From: Camelus dromedarius
Lineage: Eukaryota
Direction of reading: 5' to 3'
Length of the DNA: 64,000 nucleotides
Assembly (NCBI RefSeq): GCF_036321535.1
Contig: NC_087436.1
Coordinates: 55,554,001 to 55,618,000, forward strand
Position numbers and translations under genes: made by a program. This document shows, one piece after another, positions 38,801-52,180 of the stretch. The notes below the pieces were generated by a model, which did not search any database, had not been told where the DNA came from, and was given only the letters and a program-made list of their open reading frames with translations. The first letter of the stretch is position 1, and each line of letters begins with the position of its first letter.

Positions 38801-40949
38801 AAAAAAGGGACATTTTTATGTCATTCCCTAGTAGTACACCAACGGCTTAAAAACTATGTTTGTAGAAAGGAAATTCATTGCTTAAGGAATTCTATCCTAG
38901 GAGCATGTATAAATTCTCAAATTAAAATAAAGAGTAAATATCCAAAGAATCAGATGCCAAATTATTTGGGAGTTTTACGTATAATCATCACATGAAACTA
39001 TCTACAGTTAAAAGTTCAAAATCATGAAGTTACTCTATGTCATAAACACAATTAATAATCATGAATTTTTATTATAAATTAATGAAACTGATTTCTCTAA
39101 TGGCTCATTAGTGAATTCTAAAGTTACTGTTTAAAAAATCAAAAGTGTTTGGATATTCGGATATTTGATATTGAGATATGTATATAATAATCAGTTATAT
39201 TTATTGGCAACCTACCTTGGAGAGATACTTTACACAAATGGTCTAATTTAATAATAGAGCTATTGGGAGGCAGCCATTTGACTTTGTTTTTGGCGACAAA
39301 GATATTTTGGTATGGATAAAATAAATAATGCATCCAAAGTCAGAAAGCTAGTTAGTGCCACAGTCAGAAGTCTCCTCTTCCAGCTCCTTTCCCTCGATCC
39401 TTCTTCATACTCATCCTTTTCTTTCTCTTTCTGTTCTTGCAGCCTCATCTTCTCCCAATTTTCTCCTTTCTTCCACTCTACTAATTTCTCTTTAGCATAC
39501 TATTGAAATTAAACTAAGACATTTATTTTCCTCCAAAGCCCAAAGCTACAGATGATGCCATCTGCAGGAAAGGGTAAACACCCCCTTCCCAGGGCCTTCA
39601 GACGTGTTTTGCTTCTCATTTCTTTAGTATAAATCCCATTTGCAATCTGTACCTGAAGCCTAATCCACGTGAAGTTTCTCCTTGGCTAACCTTCTGAGCG
39701 GATTTTCCCTTCCGCAGCCTCTCCTGTTCTTATGAGTGCCATAGGAAATAAATGATGCTTTGGTTTTGAAACCACTATATACCATATTAGTATTTTTATT
39801 TTTAAGGCATTTAAGCTGATGCAATTGTAATTTCTAATATTCACTATAAAATAAGCAATTGTTTTTTGTAAAGTTCCTTGTAAAACAGCAGGGCGGTTAT
39901 AATGCTCTATATGGCAAGTTAAGTATAACGTTTACATATTGCAAAATTTCACTTGTCATTGAATAGAATCATGCTAATGTGTTTTTCATATATGTTACTG
40001 AAAAAAATCTATCACAATGAGCATTTGTGTTTTTGCAAGATGATTTTTATCTACCCAGCTATGTAAGTAAAACATGTCCAGCATCACTATAAAGTTCAGG
40101 CCAGTGTTTTCTCTTCTCCTTCCATATAAATCCATTCCTGGTATAAAATTAGCTCAAGTCAAACAGAACCAAGAACGATTTCTATGGCTATTCCTGGAGC
40201 TTCTCATAGAGAATCAAGTAATATCTTGAATAAACAATGAGATTCAATTTTTTTTTTTCCTGTTCAGAAACAATTCTCATGTTAATAAGCTAAGCCAAAG
40301 TGACTGGCTAATGGCTTAACATGTGTTTTGTTTTTTTCTTTTTTCTTTTGCTGACTCATCCACAGTCTTCAGCAAATATATATTCTATCACTGTGTAGAT
40401 CACGAGAATAATGAGGTTGGAATAGCATAATGGATTTATTAATTTATTTAAATCAAACAGTCAACATGTTTTTTTATTAAGACCTCTTTCTGGCATGTAG
40501 AATTTCTCTTTATCTTTTGTCCAACTTACTAAATGCTGGGAATATTAGAAATCTTTTGTGCAATTTGAGATTGAAAGTTGGGACTTGAAATTGGGTCATT
40601 TATTTTCCCTAGACTTAAAATATACATGAATAACCCCATTAAGGATTTCTCAGAAAGCTTGTAAGAGTAAGGGCTATCCAACATGTAAGCTTCAAATTAG
40701 AATAGAAAAGCTCACAAACTTCACAAAGCAGAAGCTAGACCATTAAGTTATTTTAAGAAAATAATTATGCCTTTATTTATTACTATTCATTTAAAGTCAT
40801 TTAAAAGACATTATTTTAATACTGAAATTTTCCCAATGTCAAATCTTTTAAGTATTGAGTGAACTTAACTTGTCCTTTGTGAAGAAGACAAGAATCAAAT
40901 GAAACTGTAGTTACTGGAGTCATATTGTCCTGATTTTAAAAAGTCAAAA

Positions 40950-41110
40950 AGTATATGGGGACAAGTAGGTGGAAGTGGTGTAGATGAAATAAGATTGGCC
41001 AAGTATTAATAATGTTTGAACCTAGATGATGGGTACAAGCAAGTTTATTATACTATTTGCTCAACTTTTTCCTATGTATTAAGTTTTTTTTTTAATGAAA
41101 GATTTAAAGC
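40950..41110 (+). mobile_element. L1MC/ME 3' end
   Basis: gtagatgaaataagattggcca...gatgatgggtaca...ttattatactatt. Confidence 0.75.
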
Positions 41111-42730
41111 TATATTGTCAAAATAATCCCATATCCCTTCTTCCATGTATATTTAATAATTTGAGCCTCCTAGAAGATGTTCAGTTAATTCTTACAGTCG
41201 TTCATTTTAGCTGAGCTTTTATACACTCATACATCAAGAAAATAATTTTTCATTAATTTTCTCTGTCTTCTTTGAAAATCCTATATAGTATTTAATTGAC
41301 CATTCCATTCCTATATTCTATACCAAATTATTTCTATTTTTGTAGCCATAGTATGGTTCTTTCTGATTATTTTCCAGACTTTAGGCTCAGAATTCAGGTA
41401 ATTTTCTTCTGTATTCTTCAGCAGTTCTTCAAAAAATTCTCTTGGCTCTTATCTGTGCTCATCAAGTCATAAACTCCGCTGGACAAATTTACAATAGGTA
41501 GGGCAATGTCACTGAAATGTTTCCCCTCTGATATATCATCTTGTTCTAATTGCAGGGCAGTGACATGTTTAAGAAAAAGGAATTCCTTGTTCAAGCCAGT
41601 TGCCTATTATGGTACATTATTTAAGACTAAACTTTGTCACCTCAATCAAAACACTCTTATAATTTTCCTGATGGAACATTATTTTCCTTCTGAAAATTTA
41701 AAAAGTGTAATTATATCTCATGCTATTCACTTAATGTTGTCTCATACCCTTACCACATGCCAGTTATTAGTTGTGTTTCACTCCTGTTCAGGTCAGGGCA
41801 AGACAAGTTAGCATATGTCACTGTGCTCAGAATTGCAAAAGGAAGAATCTCAGTTTGAAAAGATGATCAAAACTATGCCCCCAGGGGAGAGCACCTAAAG
41901 CGAGTGGATTTCTCACAGCCTTGAGTATGTTCCCACGAAAGGTACACGGGCCCCAACAAGCATGAGTAACAGCTGACGCCACAGCAGAACCAGACTTGGG
42001 CTCTGCAGGAATCAGGCACTGAAAACCACAGTGGCTGAAAAGAGCCTCTGGTGGGAATCTTTAGACAAAAGACCCAAACAGCTTGTAATGTCCTCATTAT
42101 CTTCAAAACAAAGCATGTTGTTGAGTATGCCAGAGGACTTAGTGCTTCCCAAAGACCCTGTGGTACAAAATTTCCCTCTTTCTTTTCAGTCACGCACTTA
42201 GCAGGAATCACCATCTTTAAAGAGAAAGGAACATGAAAGGGCATTACTCAAATGTTTCTGGAAATGTAGTAATTTCTTGAAACATCTCATTCTCTAGATG
42301 ATTCCATTATCCTGATTTAAAGAATTCTGTGGAATTTTAGATGATACAATTATAAGAGGATCTCCCCAAGAAAGAAATTTTTTAATACATTTCCAACTTA
42401 TTTATTTATATTGATCACCATGTATTTAGTTTTAAAATAATTTTTCACCTATAGCAACTTTTAACATTAAAGAAAAACTAGGAATGTTATATGCTCATTT
42501 TAATTTCTCTAATAACATTTATCAGCCACAAACATTTTCTTTGAATCTGACTTTACTAGCTAAATTACTAGAAATAGTTATTTAACTTGCATAAAAATCA
42601 CTTGATCTTTAGAGTGAACATACCAAATGCACTTTGATAGAAAATTATTCTCAGAATATTATCTCACTCATCAGTATTTAGAAGTCAAATTGTAAACAGA
42701 CTGCTTTGTAGGCATTCCTTAAAGAGAATA

Positions 42731-42929
42731 CAGTTGACCTTTGAACAGTGAGGGGGTTTGGGGGGTGTAATTGGAATCTAATTTATGGGCAACCCTCCAT
42801 ATGTATCTGCAGTTTGCATCTGCAAATTCCAACCATAGACCATGTGGTACTGTAGCATTTACTATTGAAATATATTTGCATATAGGTGGACCCACACAGT
42901 TCAAACATATGTTGTTCAAGAGTAAACTA
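42731..42929 (-). mobile_element. TcMar-Tigger2-family MITE
   Basis: TIRs cagttgacctttgaaca / tgttcaagagtaaacta, flanked by TA TSDs at 42729-30 and 42930-31. Confidence 0.85.
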
Positions 42930-43184
42930 TACTTTCTTTTTGGAAATAAATTTTACATTTTTTCATTATTTTAGGAAAAAAAACTGTTGTATTATTCATT
43001 TCTTCAAAAAAGAAAAAAGATACTGACTGCTGCATATACACCTTAGAATCATCATAACGACAAAGTCTTCCAATACAATTAATATTTTGTTTTACAAGTA
43101 CTTTTCATGACTATATACTAAATGGTTTTGTAGTCTAGAAAATATATTTTCAGGCAAGCTAAGCAAGGAGAAAATGCAGTGAGT

Positions 43185-43700
43185 TTTATTTACTCACTTG
43201 TTCAACCAATATCATCAGGAAGCTACTCTCTGCAGGTGCTGACTATGCCGTGCTGAGAGAAGTAGAAAATCAAGTGGAGAGAGGACAACACACAGAATAT
43301 TATGTTCTGTGAGGAGGGAAGAAAATCAAAGATGGGCAATAAAGGAAAATAGGAGAATAGAGAAACAAAGGGGAGGAGATGAGCTAATGCTAAGCAGCTG
43401 AGTTAATCCTCCAGTGAAGAGATGGTGCAACAGAGGAAAGAAACAGATGAAGAGCCATTCTGGGCAAAGTGAACAGCCTGTGCAAAGCTTTGAAAGAGCT
43501 TTGTAGGTTTGAGGAATTGAAAGACTGGATGGAGAAGAGTCAAGTGAGGGAAAAAGCAGCACAGAATCAGGTTGAGAAGCAAGTATTCTGGAAATCTTAC
43601 TTTCAATAGCTCTTTGTTGTTGCTGTTATATTTTTAATATCTAGGTTCCTACCTCCATCATCGTTTTAGACATTTTTAAGAAGAGAGTATTAGTGATAAC
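43185..43700 (-). mobile_element. LINE-2 fragment
   Basis: tttatttactcacttgttcaaccaatat...ccattctgggcaaagtgaacagcctgtgcaaag. Confidence 0.75.
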
Positions 43701-44809
43701 ATTTTTTTTCTAGGTCCACAGAGTATAATATCAATGTTCAGAAAGACTTTTTGGAGAATTTGTTCTTTTCTAAATGAAGACATGGATTCCTTTGATGGCT
43801 GGGCTTAGGAGTCCATCATCTGTATCATGAAGTTGACTGCTTAAAATTTGAGCACATAAATACCTCACCCATGTCCTATGAAGCTTGTGTCTCTTTTAAA
43901 GCTTTCAATATGAGCTCTGAGAGAGACGTTCAGTGATAGCTTTCTCTTTCTTCAGTTTCTAGTAGTCTGCTTTTATCATTTCTCTTTCCATATTGAAAGA
44001 TTACCAGTTTGTGTTTACTTGGTATGTTTTTTATGTTTCGAAGGAACAACCCATCTCGGACTTATTACAACACTTATTAGGTGTTTTCCTTCTTGGAATG
44101 AACTATAATGACTATCTGCAAAGTGGGTTATTACTTTTCATATAATTATTTTCTTCTAGAAGTTGACTTTCGTGGTTAACACTTAGAATATCAAGGGAAA
44201 GAGCCCCACCAAGAGTGGCACTGAGGAGACACTGTAACCGCCTGTTTCTTTGCTTCCTGCAACTCCACTGCCTTCCCATTTCACAGCATCTGTGCTTAGT
44301 TAATAAAACGTTCTGACTGTATCACTTATCAACATACTAATTTCTACTCTTTCTATTCCTACTGTTTAAACTTAAAAAATACACAGCATTTCACAGTTTG
44401 ATCCAAAACTACTTTTCACAGCTTCAGGTACCACCAGTCCTTGAATACTGTGTACTGTTATTACATTGAGTAGACAGCCTTGACATTCTGTAGGATGAGC
44501 TGCAAAAATTCACTGACTCAGAGACCCAAGGGAGGCAGCAGAGAGTTATGTTTTGTGGTGCCTGAGACTAACCTCTTGTGAAACTCTCAGAATTCTATTC
44601 TGAAAAGTTTGGATTCAAAGGATCTTTCTTATACTGGGTCCTGGAAAATGTCTTGTTAACCATCAGCATAGGATTGAATACAGGTCTTCAGCCTGTACAG
44701 GAATGTGGACTCTAGAAATAGACCAGATGAATAATTCTGTTCCCTTTTTTCTTCACCAGATGTGCTCCAAGAGGACAGGAAGTGTTTCTGTCTGGTTCAC
44801 AGCGTTGGG

Positions 44810-45160
44810 TAAGGTGGGCTTTAGCAACAGTGAGAGAAAACACAGGATACTTAAGAATGGTAGTATGTTTCTCTCCCGTGTTTTAGAATGCTCTCATGTA
44901 ATACTAGTCTGCGACCGCTACAATGGCTGCACAAAGGCTGCAGGGACCAAGGCTCTTTTTGTCTTGTTGCCTTGCCATTCTCAGTACATATAATACGCTT
45001 AAAGGTCCACCGTGGCTACCTGAGCTCCCGCTATTATGTTCACGTTCCCATTAGCAGGAGGAGCAAGAGACAAAGAAAGGCTATCTTTCTTGGTGGAGGA
45101 TATAAGCCCAGCTAAAACCCAGGAATTATTCTACTAAAGAGTAAGAGGGGAGATATTCAA
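44810..45160 (-). mobile_element. Old MaLR LTR (MLT1J/K-like)
   Basis: cagggaccaaggctctttt...tggctacctgagctcc...cccagctaaaa...ttctactaaagag. Confidence 0.6.
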
Positions 45161-45229
45161 CACTGTGTTCCATCACCAATCACACTATCCAGCACATAAG
45201 TATATCCACTGAGCTGATATTCTGTGAAT

Positions 45230-45415
45230 GTATATACCAGCCGCAACAAGTGTGTTTACCTCACTGAAACCTCACACCAATCCTCTGAATCATGTATTCT
45301 TTTAACTGTTTTGGAGAAGAAGAAACAGAAGCCCAGAAAATGTAAAAGTCCTTCCTATAATTGTGCACTGAAGTAGGATTAAAGTCCTAGCCTTGAACTT
45401 TAAAGACATTCTGTG
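45230..45415 (-). mobile_element. MIR SINE (degenerate)
   Basis: acctcactgaaacctcacaccaatcctctga...gaagaaacagaagcccagaaa. Confidence 0.6.
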
Positions 45416-45755
45416 TATCTCAAGGGTAATGATAGATAGCCTTTTGTAGCTTTGCATGCAATCTGCCATGGAAACTGCCTCTTTCTCTGTCTGTTCTCAT
45501 TACTCCTGGATGGAAACTGCTTCTGAGAAATCCATGTTTATACTTTATTGGTCCTGCCCTTTTTGGCCTGCTAATTTGCAACCTGGTGCTACCAACTGCT
45601 TCTGCACCTGTGCAAGTTTATATTTTTTTTTTTCCCCAAACTGAATGGAAAACTTGTAATCGCACAAATAGAGGTGTTTACTTGATGTTGGTGATGGTGC
45701 GGGGCCATCTACTTGTAGCTCTATGACTCATGCTTACTCTCTTTAAAATATATAC

Positions 45756-45897
45756 GGGGGAGGGTATAGCTCAAGTGATAGAGCACATGCTTAGCATACA
45801 CAAGGTCCTGGGTTCAATCCTCAGTAGCTCCTCTAAAAATAAATAAATGAGTAAAACTAATCACTTCCCCCACAACAAAAGTAAATAAATAAATAAA
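45756..45897 (+). mobile_element. Camelid tRNA-Ala-derived SINE (vic-1 type), long form with (TAAA)n tail
   Basis: gggggagggtatagctcaagtgatagagcacatgcttagcat...gggttcaatcctcag; A-rich tail; TSD taaaatata on both sides. Confidence 0.9.
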
Positions 45898-46382
45898 TAA
45901 AATATAGATAGAACACAATTTTTATCTATAATATTAAATAGCTGCCTTGATTCGTAGAGAAACCCTATGCTTAGAACAGCTACCTGACAGGAACCTAAAA
46001 CAAAGACCATTCTTCTATACTTGAGGTTATGTGGAAGAGAGACAGAGCAAGGAAATTGTGTCTCTGAGTTTCCATTCTTTCACTTAGTTCATTGAGCCAT
46101 CTGGCTGCCTTAATTTCCACCTACTACTTGAAATACGTGTTTACAGAAATAAATAGAAACTGCAACTAAAGTAATATGAAAACTGCAAATGCAAAAACAT
46201 GGTACTGATGAATACAAAAGTCAGTGTTCTAAAAGCAATTAATTACTGTTAGCATCAGCTTCAAATGTTACAGTTTGAAACCTGAATAAAAACGTTTATA
46301 CATGTTTATAGATATTGCAGTAATACGTTCATTAATTTTTAAGTCCATTACCAGTGAATATACTACTTTTTGTTTTCTAGAT

Positions 46383-46703
46383 GAACATTTCATATTGTTG
46401 ATTGAATATTTCATTAAATTTTTTAAAAAAATGAAAGTCAATAAAATGACTTCCTATTCGTGTATCTAAGTATTTTAAGAGATTTTTCTCTTTTGGAGTA
46501 AAGACTATAGGATTGGTCATGTTCTTTTGTGGGGGGTGGTTGATACTGAAAATGACTCTGGTAAAGTTGAAATCTTTCTTATTTTCCTTAGCTTTGAGAA
46601 ACTAGACCTAAAAATCTATCATTAGATAACTTTAGTTTCTACTACTGTGTTTTGGTAAGAGAAATTTCTATGTCCTTTTATGTAATCACTGGTAAACAAC
46701 AGT
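46383..46703 (+). repeat. Local direct duplication, copy 1 (~320 bp)
   Basis: Colinear with 49565-49920; shared blocks agtcaataaaatgactt, gagtaaagactatagga, aaagttgaaatctt, tttgagaaact, aactttagtttcta, ctggtaaacaacagt. Confidence 0.92.
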
Positions 46704-46719
46704 GATTCCATCCATGTTG

Positions 46720-47361
46720 ATTGGATGATGGCCTTTGAATGGTGGGTAAATCTTGCTAGATGGAAATTATGAATGGAATAGATATCAAAGTGGAGCAAAA
46801 TTACATTGGAAGTACAGTGGTTTATATAGCCTATTTAGTCTGAAGTGAATATTACAAATGAAGAAGTGACCAAAGTTAATACTGGAGAGGGGAGAGGATA
46901 TTAAAAATCAAGGTTTCATCGTTTTATAATTTAGACAATGCCTAACTATTGGACAGTCATAAGTAGATGAGTGACATAATCTTCATGGTATTTTAGGAAG
47001 ATTTCCTAGGCATAAATATGAAGCAGAAAAAAAAAAAAAAAGCGGCAGCACTAGCTAGCAGGCATGGTCAGAAGCTATCAGAAAAGTTTTGCATAATCCA
47101 TGGCATGCAGTGATTCTCTGAAGGGGAGAATGAAGGATGCGTATGAGAGCTGTTGTGGTGGTTGAATCTGATCTCACAGGGGTTTCTATTTAGAGAAACA
47201 AAGAGGTAGGTCTAATGATTGACTCTATAGTTTTAAATCTTAATGGATGATGAGAGTACTATAGAAACAGGTAGTGTAGAGTTTATTTTGGGAAGAAAAT
47301 GAGCTTGCTTCTAGTTGTGCATTGAGAAGCCTGCAATATATCCAGCTCGCATTGTCTATGG
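46720..47361 (-). mobile_element. LINE-2 (old) fragment
   Basis: Purine-rich antisense L2-like body (gcataatccatggcatg...ttttgggaagaaaatgagctt). Confidence 0.55.
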
Positions 47362-47585
47362 CAGAGTTTCTCAATCTTGGCATTACTGACATTTAAGCCA
47401 GTGTATTCTTTGTTCCTGGGATCTGTCATGTACATTGCAGGATGTTTAACAGCATACCTGGCCTCAATCTAGTAGATGCCAATAGCACCCCTCCCCTAGC
47501 AGTCCAGTTGTGATAACCCAAGATGCTTCCACATATTGCCACTTGTTTCCTAGGGAGCAAAATCCACACCACTTGAGAAACTCTA
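47362..47585 (+). mobile_element. hAT MER20 DNA transposon
   Basis: cagagtttctcaatcttggcattactgacattt...tgcaggatgtttaacagcatacctggcctc...ttgagaaactcta; 8-bp TSD gtctatgg/gtctaggg. Confidence 0.92.
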
Positions 47586-48474
47586 GTCTAGGGGAGTGTT
47601 GGCAATTTATGATTCAGTCTTAGCAGTGACTGGATCTATCAGAGTAAATTGCTTAGTTTTGCTGATGATATGTAAACCTTTCACTGATACTTACTTTTCA
47701 AAGTTGGCCTTGAAATATTTGAGTTTAATAATTCAAAATTTGGGCTATTCAGTAATTTTTCCCATAGGTATATTTTCACATGTAAGTATAATTAAAATTA
47801 AAAGTATAATTAAAATATAAATTGGGTGAGACTGAATGGCTCATAGACTCTAAAATAAAAAGGTAATTAACTTAAAGAAATCACTCCAGATCAGAGAAGA
47901 AAAATATATATTTGCCAACTTAATTTCAAACTTCAAAAATTTTAAGAAAATGCAAATATCTGGGACATTTTTATGTCCTACCTTTAAGGTATGTTGCATA
48001 GAAGAATGCTCCTAATGTAATTAAAATATTTCCTTTTTGACAGTCCTTAAAGGAAGAATTACAATGATGCAATGTAACAATATTTAAACCACAATTTAAA
48101 AAATTTACTTTGTACATAACTTCTGTTCATAACTTCTATTTTGCTTACTGTTGTTTATTATGAGAGAAAAATTGATTCTCCCTAAAAGATAGTTAATATA
48201 TTCTGAATTTATATTACTTGAGCTCTCATGGGTTTGAAGCTTTAGAGTTAGAAATTTGTAAATAAATTTCAAAAGAGAAAAGCTTGTATAAACATTCAAC
48301 ATTTTAAATTTTTCAAAATTAAGGCACAATACTATTCTACATTTTTAATAAATGGACTGAATTTTATAAAGTGTGTTACAATGAATACTGTTACATTAAA
48401 AATATTGAATTTGGGAACATTTTCTGAGGAGACAACGGATTGAAACTTCTTTCATAGCCCCTTGGGGTTCTGCT

Positions 48475-48640
48475 GGTCTATGGAACAAAAGCCTCATAGT
48501 TCTACAAAAAAAGAAAAAGGTGAACTACTTTTAACTAAATCCTCCTTTCAACGTTACATGGTATAAATTAGTATATTAGCAACTCTGAGAAATTTTACAA
48601 CAAAGGAATCTGTTTAACTTTGCTTAACTGTGTTGGATTG
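48475..48640. mobile_element. MER103-like hAT fragment
   Basis: tattagcaactctgagaa...aaaggaatctgtttaactttgcttaac resembles the MER103C core. Confidence 0.5.
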
Positions 48641-49264
48641 TTTACACACAATTCTGAGTCTGATGCATGAATATCATATATATGTGTGTGTGTGTGTATA
48701 TAAATAATGCATACATACTTGGTATCTAGTTGTGTGTTATTTGTCCTATATCTCTTTACATAGAAAGTATTGCTCCTTGTAGTGCAATGCAGTTAGTGAA
48801 TGCTCCATCAGTATTACTAATGGTTCTTCATGATAACTGAAAGCAGTTACCAAATGCACTTGTCATTTTGTATTTTAAGGTATCTGTTTGTATTTCTTCA
48901 ACAGACCATGACCTTTTTCAGAGAAGGAGTCATGCATCACTTATTTGCCTTTTTTCACACCGCCCCACCTCAAAAATGCATGTGATAAAGTATTATTCAG
49001 ACATAAACATGTCTACAGCTGCCATGCAGTATTCAAAAAGCACCATTACCTCACCAGAGAAAAAAAATTTCCAAGGTCTTTTCATTTTGTTCAGCAGATT
49101 GGAAGACTGGTAGATTGAAGAATACAATCTTTTATACAAGTAGAAGACTCAAAACACTCAGAAGTATTACATTAGTAAATGGTGGTGAAGGTAGCATAGA
49201 AACAATTGTGAGCACACATGCTTATGTATGTGTGTGTGTATGTGTCTTCTTGCATAGAAATACA

Positions 49265-49569
49265 TATCCACCATGACCAAGTGGGATTGATTCCAGGTAT
49301 GCAAGACTGGTTCAACATTAAAAAGTCAAACAATGCAATTCACCATGTCAACAGGCTAAATATAAAAAAAAATCGGATGATCATATCAATTGATGAAAAA
49401 AATGCCAAATTCAAAACCTGTTCATGATTAAAAATACTGCAAGTTAGAAACAAAAGGAACTACTTCAACTTGATAAAGAATAATTACCCCAAAAAACCCC
49501 AACAGCTAACATTATACTTATTATACTTAGTGGTAAGAGACTGAATTATTTTCCCTAAGATCAAGAACA
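49265..49569 (+). mobile_element. Internal LINE-1 ORF2 (RT-region) fragment
   Basis: Translates [31 protein letters not shown], matching the L1 ORF2p motif IHHDQVGFIPGMQGWFNI; frameshifted; ends ttttccctaagatcaagaaca. Confidence 0.92.
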
Positions 49570-49920
49570 TTTTATATTGTTCTTTGAGTAAATATTTCAA
49601 TAGATTTTAAATAAATGATAGTCAATAAAATGACTTTCTATTCATGCATTTAAGTATTTTAAAGGAAATTCTTCTCTTTTAGAGTAAAGACTATAGGACT
49701 GGTCATCTTCCTTCCTTTCTCTCTCTTTCTCTCTTTCTTTCTCCCTTTCTCTCTTTCTTTCTTTTTAGGATTGACATTCCAAATGACTTTAGAAAAGTTG
49801 AAATCTTGTTTGTTCTCTTTAGTTTTGAGAAACTGGACCTGAAAATCTATCATATTCAATAACTTTAGTTTCTATGAGTATGTTCCAGTTCCTTGTATAT
49901 GGTCTCTGGTAAACAACAGT
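49565..49920 (+). repeat. Local direct duplication, copy 2, with an internal CT-rich microsatellite (~49706-49767)
   Basis: Colinear with 46383-46703. Confidence 0.92.
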
Positions 49921-52180
49921 AAGAACATTAAAAATAATATTAATAGCTATAATAATATCAGCCAAGATTGAATAAGCAATTTGTTGAGTAACAGCAGAAT
50001 AAAATGTTATTCATCATTAAATGCTTTAGCAAATCTATCAGATTCTAAGTATACTTTAATTGTACTCAGTAGCAGGTAAAGTGTATGGTTTCCATTCTTC
50101 CATAGCAAGAACTACATTAAAATTTTGCTGAAAAGGCACTCTCTATGCATTTAACTCATGTTTCAATAAAAATGTTGGCTAGATATAACAAATAAATTGT
50201 CTAATGGGAAGGATATATTTCACTAACAGGATTAAAAGAGGCTGAATTGAATAAGTGGTATATGTGCAATATAATGAGGCATTCTACATGGTCTTTCCTG
50301 TCTGGCTTAATTGGTTCAAGCATTCACTACAGACTTATTTCTCAATTTGGGGAAAGTAATTCTATCCTCATTACTAGCATAATACCCACCCAATGAAAAC
50401 TGCCCTGAGTCTATTTTATTGCTTTACCAATTGTTGGGGAAAGGAACCTATCTTTGTAGAACTCCAGCCCTTCAAAAATTAATAACTCCTCTGAAAATTA
50501 CTCCAGATGGCAAAATCATTTCTATCTCCAGAGAGCTGCATTTCCATCCACAAAAGCTTTCAAGATACAAATCTGATAAATTACATTTTGTCTTTTAAAC
50601 TGTGAGGTTGATTTTGTCTTTGAAACCACTAGCAGGCACACATGGACTGCGTGCCTTAATCAGATATTGCTTCACAGAAGTTATTACAGATACCACTCTG
50701 ATTACAATTATCAGACAATTTGAAATTGTGCAGGTGCTTTTTAATAGTATAGGAAAGATTTCTCTTTACTCTGCAATTTTCCAAATAGACACACAGAACC
50801 CATATTTGAAAATGAAAACAAACCTCTAAAAAAATCCAGTCTATGCAATAAACTGTATGCAGTATGCTAAACAGTTAACTTAAACAAATCTACACCAAAC
50901 TGTATGTTATATCAATGTATAACTATAGTTGTCCTCATGTTAACAACCAAAAATAATTCACTAGGGAAAAAAGAGACATTTTACCTGTATGTGACAATTC
51001 GTAATAGAAGTTTCACTTACTGTGATGTGGATTACTGTAATACTGGCAAAGAATATGGTCAGCCACCTTTTTTCACTATTAAAGCCTTTGCTGACTAGTT
51101 TCTTGGGAAAATAGAAGACAATCTCTAGTTAATGACTCCTTCAATCTCTCATATAAGAAACAATTTCATAGCAAGTAGGAGTATATACAGTAGTGCCCTA
51201 CCAAATTATCTGTACCTCCTCTTTTGAAAGTATTCTACATTTTTCTCCTTAGCTGTTGACCCTAGCAAAGGTGCATTGTTTTTGGTTTAATCATTATGTG
51301 TATGTATGTATCTACATACTGAGGAGGTTTAATTCTAAGAAATTATTAGGTACCAAATAGACAGATATTTAGTGACAATGCTTTTTTAATCAACCCAATT
51401 TCCAGATAACAACCCTGTTTCGCCAGTGACCACTCTCGATATGCACAGGTCTTTCTTTCCAGTACGTAGGCCCTATAATTTAAGTCAATACCTCACCTGT
51501 GATCTAAACCAAATCATTTAGCTCCTTCTCAGGAATCTTCCAGTATTGATTATTCCTTTTATATCCTGGATATTCATCACACACATCTCTATGGGATTCT
51601 TCCATTCCACATTTAATTATACTGAAATGTTCCAAACTTAAAGACAAAAATTTCCCTCATCCATACTTATTCCTCTAATTAAAATCACACCCAACTTCAA
51701 AGAAGAGATTTTACTGCCAACATCACTGCATCCTCTCCTTCACATACTGCTTAGTGAATCCTAATTTTTTCCCACAGACTTTTCCACCATCACTGCACAA
51801 AATGGCTCTAACTGATGTAATAATTTTTTGAGTCACTCAATCTAATGGATATTTTTTATGCCACATCCTGCTTGACTGTTTCACTCAAAACTACACACAC
51901 GTTCTTAAAAAACTCTTCATCAGCTTCCTTAAGACCACATTAATGCTTCATGTCTCATCACTCCTTTTTAGTCTCTTCTACTGACTCACTCTCATCTACC
52001 CAAGCAGTGTATATTGGAATTTCTGCAAGTTTTGTCTTTAGCCATATTTAATCCTAGCTCTCAGCCCCACCCATAATTTTAGTTACAGTCTATTCACAAA
52101 TGACCCCAGATATATTTCTTCTTTCAAGAACTCTTCTCTGAGGTCTTCCAAAGCTGAGGTTCTCACAGGCCCCTCAAATT

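Noticed and set aside
39549..39564. Inverted E-box pair CAGATG-N4-CATCTG
   Set aside because: Too short to distinguish from chance without conservation data.
45756..45835. tRNA-Ala-like gene (also 23405-23485)
   Set aside because: Imperfect stems plus an A-rich tail and TSD indicate a SINE, not a tRNA.
46575..46660. Exon-like signals in duplication copy 1 (ttttccttag...ttg|gtaaga, 63 nt)
   Set aside because: Stops in all three frames, and the donor is absent from copy 2.
49218..49427. ORF with reverse-transcriptase-region similarity
   Set aside because: A decayed, frameshifted L1 ORF2 fragment, not a functional RT, retron or novel RT system.
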